A DNA stretch of 32,000 nt from Delftia acidovorans NBRC 14950 (GTDB taxonomy: Bacteria; Pseudomonadota; Gammaproteobacteria; Burkholderiales; Burkholderiaceae_C), in assembly GCF_001598795.1 (NCBI RefSeq), contig NZ_BCZP01000008.1, positions 30,001 to 62,000 of the forward strand, read 5' to 3'. The position numbers and the translations under genes were made by a program. The notes below the pieces were generated by a model. The model ran no database searches. It was not told where the DNA came from and was given only the letters and a program-made list of their open reading frames with translations. Positions 7,785 through 16,835 of this stretch are shown here, in pieces. Position 1 is the first letter of the stretch; each line of letters starts with the position of its first letter.

Positions 7785-7824
7785 GAAAAAAGGGTCTACG
7801 TTTGCACGTAGACCCTTTTCTTTG
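7785..7824 (-). terminator. Terminator hairpin downstream of the tRNA (A/T tracts on both sides)
   Basis: GGGTCTACG (7792-7800) pairs with CGTAGACCC (7807-7815). On the minus strand it is followed by TTTTTTCTT, and on the plus strand by TTTTCTTTG. Confidence 0.75.
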
Positions 7825-7826
7825 TT

Positions 7827-7903
7827 TGGTGGCGCTTCACGGATTCGAACCGCGGACCTGTGGATTATGATTCCATCGCTCTAACCGACTGAGCTAAAGC
7901 GCC
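7827..7903 (-). tRNA. tRNA with CAT anticodon (elongator Met, or Ile2 if lysidine-modified); CCA encoded
   Basis: The reverse complement folds as a cloverleaf: GGCGCTT TA GCTC AGTCGGTTA GAGC G ATGGA ATCATAA TCCAC AGGTC CGCGG TTCGAAT CCGTG AAGCGCC A CCA. G1-C72 is paired and there is no GGG/CCC anticodon stem, so it is not an initiator. Positions 27 and 43 form an A.C mismatch. Confidence 0.92.
7835..7845 (+). repeat. tRNA-internal copy of TTCACGGATTC
   Basis: Partner of 6982-6992. On the gene strand it covers the end of the T-loop, the 3' T-stem and the first acceptor bases. Confidence 0.35.
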
Positions 7904-7914
7904 GTAAGACCTAA

Positions 7915-7920
7915 ATTATA
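7915..7920 (-). promoter_or_regulatory. Candidate -10 box of the tRNA promoter
   Basis: A perfect TATAAT on the minus strand lies 11 nt upstream of the mature tRNA 5' end. I found no good -35; TTGCCG is 20 nt away. Confidence 0.4.
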
Positions 7921-8032
7921 TGCAGAATTTTCGGCCCATCCGGCAAGTTGTGCAAATTTCTCGAAATTTCTTTGCGAGAGGCTTGCTGCGCCTTGCCGGA
8001 AGACGCGCATTGTAGCGCGACTTTCAGCCCGC

Positions 8033-8812
8033 TCAGAGATGCTTGAAGTTGGCGGGACGCTTGTTGACGAAGGCGTCCATGCCTTCCTTCTGGTCCTGGG
8101 TGGCGAACAGCGCGTGGAACAGGCGGCGCTCGAACATGACGCCGTCGGCCAGCGAGCCCTCGAAGGCGCGGTTCACCGATTCCTTGGCCGCCATGACGGC
8201 GATCTGCGAGAAGCCGCTGATGATGATGGCGGCGCCCAGCGCCTCGTCCATGAGCTTGTCGAAGGGCACGACACGGCTGACCAGGCCGGCGCGCTCGGCC
8301 TCGGTGGCGTCCATCATGCGGGCCGTGAGGGCCATGTCCATGGCCTTGGACTTGCCCACGGCGCGCGGCAGGCGCTGCGTGCCGCCGGCGCCGGGGATCA
8401 CGCCCAGCTTGATTTCCGGCTGGCCGAACTTCGCGTTGTCGGCGGCGATGATGAAGTCGCACATCATGGCCAGCTCGCAGCCGCCGCCGAGGGCAAAGCC
8501 GCTGACGGCGGCGATCACGGGCTTGCGGATGGAGCGGATGGCTTCCCAGTTGCGCGTGATGTAGTCGCCCTTGTAGGCGTCGGCAAAGCTGTACTTGGCC
8601 ATGGCGCCGATGTCGGCGCCAGCCGCAAAGGCTTTCTCGCTGCCGGTGATGATCATGCAGCCGATGGCCTCATCGGCATCGAAGGCCTGCAGGGCCTGGC
8701 CCAGCTCGTCCATGAGCTGGTCATTGAGCGCGTTGAGCTGCTTGGGGCGGTTGAGCGTGATGATGCCGACCTTGTCGGCTTCGACGCGAACTTCAATCAT
8801 TTCGTAGGCCAA
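8033..8812 (-). CDS. Enoyl-CoA hydratase (crotonase family, short-chain)
   Basis: 259 aa. Contains ..[13 protein letters not shown].., [45 protein letters not shown], the canonical crotonase oxyanion-hole and catalytic Glu motifs. Confidence 0.93.
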   Translation of the reverse strand: MAYEMIEVRVEADKVGIITLNRPKQLNALNDQLMDELGQALQAFDADEAIGCMIITGSEKAFAAGADIGAMAKYSFADAYKGDYITRNWEAIRSIRKPVIAAVSGFALGGGCELAMMCDFIIAADNAKFGQPEIKLGVIPGAGGTQRLPRAVGKSKAMDMALTARMMDATEAERAGLVSRVVPFDKLMDEALGAAIIISGFSQIAVMAAKESVNRAFEGSLADGVMFERRLFHALFATQDQKEGMDAFVNKRPANFKHL

Positions 8813-8886
8813 GGGAGTCTCCTGCTGGGGTTGTCGTCGTGATCCTCAAGAATAACCGGCCGGCGGCGCGGGGCGGCATGCGCCGC

Positions 8887-10806
8887 TCAGGGCGTGGCAG
8901 GCGCCTGCGCGCTGCCCGTGTGCCCGGCCAGCCAGCGTCCAGCGGTCTCCTCGTCCGTGATTTCCAGTCCGAGATTGCTGGGGGCGGGCGCCGCCAGGGT
9001 GCCGGATGTGGCAGCTTTTGCATCGCCGTTGTCCGTTTTCTCCACCATGGCGGCGGCCTCGGACAGCAGGCCCGAGCCCCAGGGCAGGGTCAAGGCCAGG
9101 ATCTGCCGGTCGCGGGCCACCCAGGCGACGATGTCCAGGGCCGTGCCTGCATAAAGCGCCACGTCGTCCAGCCGGGTGATGCGCCAGCGCGCGGGCTGTG
9201 AATCCTCGGCGCCGGTGGGCAGCTCGATGGCCAGCCATTCGTCGCCCGCCATGAAGCCTGCGCGCTCGGCCAGGCTGCCGCGCAGCACGGTCTTGATGGT
9301 GATGCCCTGGCTTTCCTGCACGCGCAGGCCCAGGCGCTGGGCAGTCTGCGCCGGTTCGGCCTTGGCCTGCACGCCGTGCGCGGCCAGCAGCTCGGCCAGC
9401 GGCAGGTCGTCGGTGCCGTGCACCCATTGCGTGATCTCGGGCGCGAAGCTGCGCCCGCCCAGGTTCTGCAGCACGGCCAGCACGTCGGCCTCGCGCATGG
9501 GTCCGCCCTGGCAGCGCTGCCACAGCACGCGCATCACGTCGTCCAGCGTGCTGCGGCCTTCGCGGCGCAGTTGCAGGTCCAGGGCCAGTGCGACCAGGCA
9601 GCCCTTGGTGTAGTAGCTGACGGTCTGGTTGGGCGTGTTCTCGTCCTGGCGGTAGTACTTGACCCAGGCGTCATAGCTGGCCTGGGCCACGGACTGCAGG
9701 TGTCGGCCCGGCGTCTGCAGCACCTGGTTGATGGTGCGCGTGATGAGCTTGAGGTACTGGGCGTTGTCGATCAGGCCGGCGCGGCGCAGCAGCAGGTCGT
9801 CGTAGTAGCTGGTGAAGCCTTCGAAGAACCACAGCAGCTCGGTGTAGTTCTCCTGCCCGTAGTCGTAGCGTGCGAATTCGGCCGGGCGCAGGCGCTTGAC
9901 GTTCCAGGTGTGGAAGTACTCGTGGCTGATCAGGCCCAGCAAGGTGGTGTAGCCCTCGGCGGCCTTGCGCTCGCCCACGCGCGGCAGGTCGCGCCGGCCG
10001 CAGATCAGGGCCGTGGAGTTGCGGTGCTCCAGGCCCCCATAGCCGTCATCGACCACGTTGAGCATGAACACGTAGCGCTGCATGGGCGCGGGCGTGGCCT
10101 GCTCGCCCGTACCGTGCCAGAAGGCCAGCACGGTCTCGCAGATCTTGCGTGCATCGGCAATCAGGCGCGCGCCGTCGAAGCTGGGCGCGGCGCCCGCGAC
10201 GATGAAGCTGTGCGGCACGCCCGCGGCCACGAAGTCGCCACGCCAGAAGCTGCCCATCTCCACGGGGCAGTCCACCAATTCGTCGTAGTGGGCGGCGCGG
10301 TACAGGCCCCAGCCGCGCGCATCGGTGTCCACGGCGTCCAGGCCGGTCGCCACCTGCCACGATGCCGTGGCGTCCGACGCAAGCAGTTGCAGCGTATGCG
10401 GCGTATCTTCCTGGCCGTGCACGCGCAGGCACAGGCTGGTGCCGTTGAAAAAGCCGCGGCGGCGGTCCAGCCAGGCCGTGCGCACGGAACTGTCATAGGC
10501 GCAGAACTGGTAGTGGAGCACCAGGGGCGTGTTGGCGTCGCAGTCGGCCTGCCAGAGGTTCTTGCCCTGCTGGGCCAGCGTGACGGGGCGGCCGTCCTGC
10601 TCGGCAGACAGGCCCTGGAGGTTCTTGGAGAATTCCCGCACCAGATAGCTGCCGGGAATCCAGACCGGCAGCGACAGGGTCTGGCCAGCGGCCGGGCGGG
10701 CGATGTGCAGTTGCACGCTGAACAGGTGCGCATCCACATCAAGGGCCTGCACGCGGTAGTGGATGTCCGCTGCGGCAGTGGCGGTGGCGGCGAGGGGAGA
10801 GGTCAT
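8887..10806 (-). CDS. M61 family metallopeptidase (glycyl aminopeptidase-like) with C-terminal PDZ domain
   Basis: 639 aa. HEYFHTWN zinc motif, and a PDZ-like GLRVQESQGITIKTVLRGSLAERAGFMAGDEWLAIE. Confidence 0.88.
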   Translation of the reverse strand: MTSPLAATATAAADIHYRVQALDVDAHLFSVQLHIARPAAGQTLSLPVWIPGSYLVREFSKNLQGLSAEQDGRPVTLAQQGKNLWQADCDANTPLVLHYQFCAYDSSVRTAWLDRRRGFFNGTSLCLRVHGQEDTPHTLQLLASDATASWQVATGLDAVDTDARGWGLYRAAHYDELVDCPVEMGSFWRGDFVAAGVPHSFIVAGAAPSFDGARLIADARKICETVLAFWHGTGEQATPAPMQRYVFMLNVVDDGYGGLEHRNSTALICGRRDLPRVGERKAAEGYTTLLGLISHEYFHTWNVKRLRPAEFARYDYGQENYTELLWFFEGFTSYYDDLLLRRAGLIDNAQYLKLITRTINQVLQTPGRHLQSVAQASYDAWVKYYRQDENTPNQTVSYYTKGCLVALALDLQLRREGRSTLDDVMRVLWQRCQGGPMREADVLAVLQNLGGRSFAPEITQWVHGTDDLPLAELLAAHGVQAKAEPAQTAQRLGLRVQESQGITIKTVLRGSLAERAGFMAGDEWLAIELPTGAEDSQPARWRITRLDDVALYAGTALDIVAWVARDRQILALTLPWGSGLLSEAAAMVEKTDNGDAKAATSGTLAAPAPSNLGLEITDEETAGRWLAGHTGSAQAPATP

Positions 10807-10936
10807 TCGGGCTCCTGCAGGTGTGGCCTGGAGGCTGCCCGGGCCCGCTGCGGCGGGCTGGAGCCGGGAAGCTCCGGCCGAGGGGGATCAGGTGGGCGGG
10901 CCCGGCATCCATGGCGCCGGGCCCGCCCGGTGGCGG

Positions 10937-11653
10937 TCAGCGCGCGGCTGCGGCTGCCGCCAGGTTCTTCTCGACTTCCTGGGCGCTGATGGCGCCAGGC
11001 ACTCGGGTGTTGTTGGTGAAGATGACGGTGGGCGTGCCCGTGATCTTGTACTTGCGCCCAAAGGCCAGGTTGCGCTGCACGGCCGAGGTGTCGCACTGGG
11101 CGGCGGCCGGCACCTTGTCGCGCAGCATGTGGTCAGCCCATGCACCGGCCTGGTCCTTGGCGCACCAGATGTTGCGCGACTTCTCGGCCGAGTCGGGGCT
11201 CAGGATGGGGTACAGGAACAGGTAGATGGTGACGTTGTCCACGGTCTGCAGGTCGCGCTCGAAACGCTTGCAGTAGCCGCAGTTGGGATCTTCGAACACG
11301 GCCATCTTGCGCTCGCCCTTGCCGTGGACGATGGTCACGGCGTCCTTGAGCGGCAACTGCTTGAAGTCCACCGCCGTCAGCTGGTTCATGCGGTCTTCGG
11401 TGAGATTGCGGCGCGCCTTGGTGTCGATCAGCTCGCCCTGGATCAGGTAGTTGCCCTTGGCGTCCGTGTAGAACAGGTCCGTGCCGATGCGCACTTCGAA
11501 CAGGCCGGACATGGGTGTGGGGCGGATTTCGTCGATCTTTTCCAGCTGGGGAATGCGCTCGGTCAGCGTCTTGCGCAGGTTGGCGTCCTGGGCGTGGACG
11601 CCGAGGCTCCAGGTCAGGCTGGCGGCCGTCAGCAGGCAGGCGAAGAGTTTCAT
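10937..11653 (-). CDS. dsbC: Thiol:disulfide interchange protein DsbC
   Basis: Track ORF 10937..11755 (-), trimmed to MKLFACLLTAASLTWSLGVHAQ (signal peptide; CAT at 11651-11653). CGYC active site in FEDPNCGYCKRFE, and the GTPT cis-Pro loop region ITGTPTVIF. Confidence 0.85.
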   Translation of the reverse strand: MKLFACLLTAASLTWSLGVHAQDANLRKTLTERIPQLEKIDEIRPTPMSGLFEVRIGTDLFYTDAKGNYLIQGELIDTKARRNLTEDRMNQLTAVDFKQLPLKDAVTIVHGKGERKMAVFEDPNCGYCKRFERDLQTVDNVTIYLFLYPILSPDSAEKSRNIWCAKDQAGAWADHMLRDKVPAAAQCDTSAVQRNLAFGRKYKITGTPTVIFTNNTRVPGAISAQEVEKNLAAAAAAR

Positions 11654-11799
11654 GGCAATGCGGTGGGTGGGCGGGGCCGCGTTCAGGCCGGCCGCGCCGT
11701 GGTTGAGGGGGATTGCGCGGCGCGGGGCGCCACGGAGCAGGGGTACGAGTCGCAAAACGGCAAAGGGTTCAACGGCACGGGATCGGCTTGGCTCCAGGC

Positions 11800-12945
11800 T
11801 CAGGCGCCGCTGCGCGGGTCCAGGCCCATGGCCTGGCGCGCCATCCAGTCCTTGAGCGGGCCGAAGCGCTCGAAGCCCTTCATGCCCCAGTTGCGCAGCA
11901 TCTGCACCGGCACCTCGGAGCGGCTGAACAGCTGCTGCAGCCCGTCCATGGCCAGGCCCATGGGCGCCAGCGCGGCCTTGCGCTCGCGTTCATAGCGGCG
12001 CAGCAGGCGCAGATCGCCGGTGCTGCGCCAGTAGCCGCGCTCCTGCAGCACGCGTGCCAGCGCCTGCACATCGCCCAGGCCCAGGTTCAGGCCCTGGCCT
12101 GCCAGCGGATGCACGTTGTGGGCGGCATCGCCCACCAGCACCCAGCTGCGGGCCGAGCGTGCATCGCCGTCGGGCATGGAGCCGCACCAGTGGTCGGCCA
12201 CGGCCTGCTGCAGCGGCCAGGCCATGCGCGGTGCGCTCAGCTCCAGCCGCCCCAGCGCGCCCTGGCTGATGGCTTCCAGCCGCGCGGTGAAATCCTGCGT
12301 GTCGGCGGCCAGCCAGCCGTCGGCCAGCTCGCGGGCGATGGACCAGACCACGGCCACGCTGTGGCCTTGCGGGCCGTCCAGCGGCAGCAGGGCCAGGATG
12401 CCTTCGGGCGTGAACCACTGTCGCGCCACCTGTCCGTGCGGCAGCTCGCAGTGCAGCCGGGTGGCGATGGCGTGCTGTGCATAGGGCGTGACGGCGAAGT
12501 CCACGCCGAACTCGCTGCGCGTGCGGCTGGCGCGGCCCTCGCAGATGGCCGTCAGCGGCGCCGCCACAGGCTGGTCCACCACCTCGACCATGGGCTGGTA
12601 GCGCACGGCCTCGGCCAGGCGCTGCTCCAGCGCGGGCACATCAACGATCCAGGTCAGGGCCTCGACATCCTGGCTGGCTGCGTCGAACAGCACATGGCCG
12701 TCAAGGTCGCCAAAGACCTCCATTTGCGTCACGGGCGTGGCGTGCTGGTCATCGGGCCAGCAGCGCAGGCTGTCCAGCAGGCCGCGTGCGCTGGCATTGA
12801 GCGCGTAGGCGCGCACATCGGGCGCGTTGCCGGTCGGCGCGGCCACCACCAGGGCCACGCGCAGCCGTTCCCGGGCCAGCAGGAGAGCCAGGGTCCGGCC
12901 TGCAATGCCGGCCCCGCGTATACATACATCAAAGGTTTGCGCCAT
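11800..12945 (-). CDS. FAD-dependent monooxygenase, UbiH/UbiF/VisC/COQ6 family
   Basis: This is the C-terminal third of the 1086-aa track ORF 11800..15060 (-); only this part looks like protein. It reads MAQTFDVCIRGAGIAGRTLALLLA (GxGxxG) ... VLVGDAAHNVHPLAGQGLNLGLGD (the family's FAD motif). An alternative start lies 9 nt upstream (MPAMAQ..). Confidence 0.85.
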   Translation of the reverse strand: MAQTFDVCIRGAGIAGRTLALLLARERLRVALVVAAPTGNAPDVRAYALNASARGLLDSLRCWPDDQHATPVTQMEVFGDLDGHVLFDAASQDVEALTWIVDVPALEQRLAEAVRYQPMVEVVDQPVAAPLTAICEGRASRTRSEFGVDFAVTPYAQHAIATRLHCELPHGQVARQWFTPEGILALLPLDGPQGHSVAVVWSIARELADGWLAADTQDFTARLEAISQGALGRLELSAPRMAWPLQQAVADHWCGSMPDGDARSARSWVLVGDAAHNVHPLAGQGLNLGLGDVQALARVLQERGYWRSTGDLRLLRRYERERKAALAPMGLAMDGLQQLFSRSEVPVQMLRNWGMKGFERFGPLKDWMARQAMGLDPRSGA

Positions 12946-13119
12946 GGCCGGCATTGTAGGAGTCCGGGCCATGCCGGGGATTCCAACTGGCGCAAACTCC
13001 GGCTTTGGCGTGATCTGCCGCAGCCTGCGTCGCCATCTGGCATATTGCCGCCCATCGCATGGCGCCATTCGCACCATGGATGGCATACACACTCCAGATT
13101 TCCCAAAAAGAGCTATCCG

Positions 13120-13986
13120 ATGTTTGACCAAGAAAGAGACGTGCAGGGCCGCATTGCCCAGTTGTGGGTATATCCCGTCAAATCCTGCGCGGGCATCGCG
13201 CTGCAAAGCAGCGGCGTCGGCGCCACCGGCCTGGCCTGGGACCGCCACTGGATGGTGGTCGATGCGCAAGGCGAATTCCTGACCCAGCGCGACCATCCGC
13301 GCATGGCCTGGATACGCCCCGAGCTGGAGGCCGGGCACCTGGTGCTGCACTTTCCCCAGCAGCCGCCGCTGCGCATCGCGCTGCAGGCCACGGGGCCGGA
13401 GCGCCGGGCGCGCGTCTGGTCGGACTGGGTGCAGGCCTGGGACATGGGCCCCGAGGCCGCCCACTGGCTGACGCAGGCCCTTGGCACGGACTGCTCCCTG
13501 GTGCGCTTCGACCCGGCCGCGCCGCGCCGCACCAGCGAGCGCTGGACCGGGGGCGAGGCCGCACCTGTGCACTTCGCGGACGGCTATCCGCTGCTGGTAC
13601 TGAGCCAGGCCGCCATCGAAGAACTCAACCAGCGCCTGCAGGCAGCCGGCCACGCCGCGGTGGACGCACGGCGCTTTCGCCCCAACATCGTGATCGAAGG
13701 CCTGGAGGCCCATGACGAGGACCGGGTCGACGGGCTGGATGTGCTCGATGCCCGGGGCCTGCGGCTGCGCATGGCCAAGCCCTGCACACGCTGCCCCATT
13801 CCCGACATCGACCCTGTCACGGCCGTGCAGGGCACCGCCGTGGGTGATGCCATCCGTACCTACCGCCAGGACGACCGTGTCGATGGCGCCATCACCTTCG
13901 GCATGAATGCCGTGCTGGAAGGCCTGCACGACGGGGCTGAACTGGTCGTTGGCCAGTCCGTGGCCGGCGACTGGCAGTTCGCCTGA
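13120..13986 (+). CDS. MOSC domain protein (YcbX-like, MOSC_N beta-barrel plus MOSC)
   Basis: Real part of track ORF 11713..13986. MFDQERDVQGRIAQLWVYPVKSCAGI.. (MOSC_N), ..RFRPNIVIEG.., ..KPCTRCPIPDIDP.. (conserved MOSC cysteine). Confidence 0.85.
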   Translation: MFDQERDVQGRIAQLWVYPVKSCAGIALQSSGVGATGLAWDRHWMVVDAQGEFLTQRDHPRMAWIRPELEAGHLVLHFPQQPPLRIALQATGPERRARVWSDWVQAWDMGPEAAHWLTQALGTDCSLVRFDPAAPRRTSERWTGGEAAPVHFADGYPLLVLSQAAIEELNQRLQAAGHAAVDARRFRPNIVIEGLEAHDEDRVDGLDVLDARGLRLRMAKPCTRCPIPDIDPVTAVQGTAVGDAIRTYRQDDRVDGAITFGMNAVLEGLHDGAELVVGQSVAGDWQFA

Positions 13987-14055
13987 AACGACAGGAAATG
14001 CCCGGTTGACTAAAATACGGGGTTTGTCCCCAGAATCCCTGTAGAAAGCCCTGCC

Positions 14056-15150
14056 ATGAGCCTCAAATGCGGCATCGTGGGCCTGCCCAATGTGGGCAAG
14101 TCCACTCTCTTCAACGCGCTGACGAAGGCCGGCATCGCCGCCGAAAACTATCCCTTCTGCACCATCGAGCCGAACACCGGCGTGGTGGAAGTGCCCGATC
14201 CGCGCCTGCAGAAGCTGGCCGACATCATCACGCCCGAGCGCATCGTCCCGGCCATCGTCGAATTCGTGGACATTGCGGGCCTGGTGGCCGGCGCCTCCAA
14301 GGGTGAAGGCCTGGGCAACCAGTTCCTGGCCCACATCCGCGAGACCGACGCCATCGTCAACGTGGTGCGCTGCTTCGAAGACCCGAACGTCATCCACGTG
14401 GCCAACAAGGTGGACCCCATCGCCGACATCGAGGTCATCCAGACCGAGCTGTGCCTGGCCGACCTGGCCACCGTCGAGAAGGCGCTGAACCGCTACAGCA
14501 AGGCCGCCAAGTCGGGCAACGACAAGGAAGCCGCCAAGGTGGTGGCGCTGCTGACCCCCATCCAGGCTGCCCTGGACCAGGGCAAGCCCGCACGCACGGT
14601 GCCCGTCTCCAAGGAAGACGCGCCCCTGCTCAAGCAGTTCTGCCTGATCACCGCCAAGCCCGCCATGTTCGTGGGCAACGTCAGCGAAGACGGCTTCGAG
14701 AACAACCCGCTGCTCGACAGCCTCAAGGCCTATGCCGAGGCACAAGGCGCTCCCGTCGTGGCCATCTGCGCCAAGATCGAGGCCGAAATGGCCGAGATGA
14801 GCGACGAGGACCGCGACATGTTCCTGCAGGAACTGGGCCTGGAAGAACCCGGCCTGAACCGCCTGATCCGCGCCGGCTTCGGCCTGCTGGGCCTGCAGAC
14901 CTACTTCACGGCCGGCGTCAAGGAAGTGCGCGCCTGGACCATCAAGGTCGGCGACACCGCCCCCCAGGCCGCAGGCGTCATCCACGGCGACTTCGAGCGC
15001 GGCTTCATCCGTGCCCAGACCATCGCCTTTGACGACTTCATCGCCTTCAAGGGCGAGCAAGGCGCCAAGGACGCGGGCAAGATGCGCGCCGAAGGCAAGG
15101 AATATGTCGTCAAGGATGGCGACGTGATGAACTTCCTGTTCAACGTCTGA
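14056..15150 (+). CDS. ychF: Ribosome-binding ATPase YchF
   Basis: 364 aa. [23 protein letters not shown] (P-loop), ..[10 protein letters not shown].., the C-terminal TGS region [18 protein letters not shown], and the ending [12 protein letters not shown]. Confidence 0.97.
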   Translation: MSLKCGIVGLPNVGKSTLFNALTKAGIAAENYPFCTIEPNTGVVEVPDPRLQKLADIITPERIVPAIVEFVDIAGLVAGASKGEGLGNQFLAHIRETDAIVNVVRCFEDPNVIHVANKVDPIADIEVIQTELCLADLATVEKALNRYSKAAKSGNDKEAAKVVALLTPIQAALDQGKPARTVPVSKEDAPLLKQFCLITAKPAMFVGNVSEDGFENNPLLDSLKAYAEAQGAPVVAICAKIEAEMAEMSDEDRDMFLQELGLEEPGLNRLIRAGFGLLGLQTYFTAGVKEVRAWTIKVGDTAPQAAGVIHGDFERGFIRAQTIAFDDFIAFKGEQGAKDAGKMRAEGKEYVVKDGDVMNFLFNV

Positions 15151-15200
15151 GGCGGCACATGCTGCAGCGGGGCTGCTAAAGCAGCTCCCGCGCTTCTCGG

Positions 15201-15229
15201 AAAAACCGCGCTTTGCGCGGTTTTTTCTT
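15201..15229 (+). terminator. Rho-independent terminator of ychF
   Basis: AAAAACCGCGC ttt GCGCGGTTTTTTCTT. Confidence 0.85.
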
Positions 15230-15307
15230 GCCAGGAACGTTTCATTTCCACGCGCTGAGCCGCCATGGACAATGGCGCCTTTCCCTTGGGGAAAGAGAGA
15301 CCTTGAA

Positions 15308-15850
15308 ATGGACCGCCCGCATTTCAGATTCCATCCCGGCGCCTACGAAGCCGTCTTCGAGCAGGATGAGGGTGTGTGCTCCTGCTGCGGACAAAACCGA
15401 AGCCTCAAGTACGAAGGCCCTTTCGACAGCCAGCAAAGCCCCGACTACCTGTGTCCCTGGTGCATTGCCAGCGGGCAGGCTTGCGAGACATACGACGGCG
15501 AATTTGTGGGATATACCGATATCGAAGGCGTGTCGCCTGATCCGGCCGACCCCGAGCCCACCATCGCCAGGGAGCTGCTGCTGGAGATCGCGCAGCGCAC
15601 GCCCGGCTACAGGGCCTGGCAGCAGCCTGTGTGGCTCACGCACTGCAACGCACCCTGTGTCTTCCTGGGTCACGCCGACAGGCAGGCCGTCGAGCCTTTC
15701 CTTGCTGAAGTCCTGCCCGACATCGAAGGCAGCTACAGGAACGATGCGCAGTGGATGCTGGAGCGCATGTCCACGGACGGCATGATTTCCGGCTGCCTTT
15801 TCCAGTGCGTGCATTGCGGCCGGCATCGGCTGCATATGGACGTGGGATGA
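15308..15850 (+). CDS. cbrC: CbrC family protein (UPF0167; colicin E2 tolerance protein family)
   Basis: Track ORF 15272..15850, trimmed to MDRPHFRFHPGAYEAVFEQDEGVCSCCGQ... It is collinear with E. coli CbrC/YieJ as I remember it (F.YHPDP...CxCCG...CPxCIASG..A..FDGEF.......RTPGY..WQQ..WL.HC......G......G.LF.C.HCG..RL..D). Confidence 0.8.
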   Translation: MDRPHFRFHPGAYEAVFEQDEGVCSCCGQNRSLKYEGPFDSQQSPDYLCPWCIASGQACETYDGEFVGYTDIEGVSPDPADPEPTIARELLLEIAQRTPGYRAWQQPVWLTHCNAPCVFLGHADRQAVEPFLAEVLPDIEGSYRNDAQWMLERMSTDGMISGCLFQCVHCGRHRLHMDVG

Positions 15851-16734
15851 ATCCAATGACCACCTACGCCGACCTCTCCACCCAAACCGGCATTGCGCTG
15901 CCGCCGCTGTTGAGCGACCTCCTGGCATCGGGAAAGACCGTCTACGGTCCGGATTGGGCTGCCACCTGGCGCCAGCGCTGCCTGCAGGACCCACCCTTGT
16001 TCATGAGTTGGCAGGACTTCGAATGGATAGATGCCGAAGCCAGCCGGGAAATCATCGAGGGCTGGCTTCATCCTGGCGCACAGAACGGCCGGAGCTTTCT
16101 GCCATTCGCCCAGTCGGGCGCCGGCGATGCCTGGTGCCTGACGCCGCTGGACATGCATGGCGTGGGCGTGGCGCTGGTGTTGCACGATGACGAGGCCAGC
16201 AGTGTTTCGCACGCCTGCTTCGATGACTTTGTCTGCGCGGGATTTCTGCAGGCCTTTGCGGACCTGAGCGATCAGCTGGATGAGTTCTCGCAGTCGGAGG
16301 CTTTGCAACTGTTGCGGGCCGATGTCGCACAGACCACGCGCTTCATGAAGCAGGAGTTGGGCGACTATCTGCAGGATTTCTGTCGGCGTCCCTTGGAGAT
16401 CAGGCCTTGGCGCGACGGGCCCCGGGCGCGTGTTCGCCAGGTGGCTTCATTGATTTCACAAGATGAACTGGCGGCCGAACTGGACCGGCTGCCTGCCGTG
16501 GACCTTTCCTTTCCCGTCGTGGCGCGCTGGGAGGTGCGTTCGGTGGAGGAGGGAGACGCGCGGCATGGCCCTGCGCCAGAGTCCGCAAAGATCGACTGGC
16601 GCACCCTCGCCGCCGATCCCCTGCAGAAGATGGCGGCCATCAGGGCCTGCCAGAGCGAGCATGGCTGCAGCCTGGGACAGGCCAAGGCCATGGTGGACCA
16701 GTACATCGGCGGCAGTGTGAACGCGCACGCCTGA
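15847..16734 (+). CDS. SMI1/KNR4 (SUKH superfamily) protein with C-terminal L7/L12-CTD-like segment
   Basis: Track ORF 15751..16734, trimmed to MNPMTTYADL.. The ATG (15847-15849) overlaps the cbrC stop (ATGA). The SUKH hallmark SFLPFAQSGAGDAWCL is present. The last ~45 aa, PLQKMAAIRACQSEHGCSLGQAKAMVDQYI, resemble K.A.IKAVR..TGLGLKEAKDLV of ribosomal protein bL12. Confidence 0.7.
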   Translation: MNPMTTYADLSTQTGIALPPLLSDLLASGKTVYGPDWAATWRQRCLQDPPLFMSWQDFEWIDAEASREIIEGWLHPGAQNGRSFLPFAQSGAGDAWCLTPLDMHGVGVALVLHDDEASSVSHACFDDFVCAGFLQAFADLSDQLDEFSQSEALQLLRADVAQTTRFMKQELGDYLQDFCRRPLEIRPWRDGPRARVRQVASLISQDELAAELDRLPAVDLSFPVVARWEVRSVEEGDARHGPAPESAKIDWRTLAADPLQKMAAIRACQSEHGCSLGQAKAMVDQYIGGSVNAHA

Positions 16735-16755
16735 CCGGGGGCAGACCGGCGCCTT

Positions 16756-16835
16756 CAACCCACCATAGTCATCCATCCCGCCAACCGACCGCCTCCACTC
16801 TCCAGTTCCGCCGCCCCTCCATCCGTGCCGAACTC
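16756..16835 (+). repeat. C-rich direct repeat, copy A (80 nt)
   Basis: CAACCCACCATAGTCATCCATCCCGCCAACCGACC...CCATCCGTGCCGAACTC. It aligns with 18465-18559: the first 35 nt have 2 mismatches, the middle has indels, and both copies end in TGCCGAACTC. Confidence 0.75.

Noticed and set aside
7572-7884. + strand ORFs 7572..7811, 7598..7870 and 7600..7884
   Set aside because: They are Arg/Cys/Gly-rich shadows. Two of them read through the terminator hairpin and into the tRNA gene.
12946-15060. N-terminal two-thirds of the 1086-aa minus ORF 11800..15060
   Set aside because: Only the last 381 codons (11800..12945) read as a UbiH-family protein. The upstream part is antisense to the MOSC gene and ychF.
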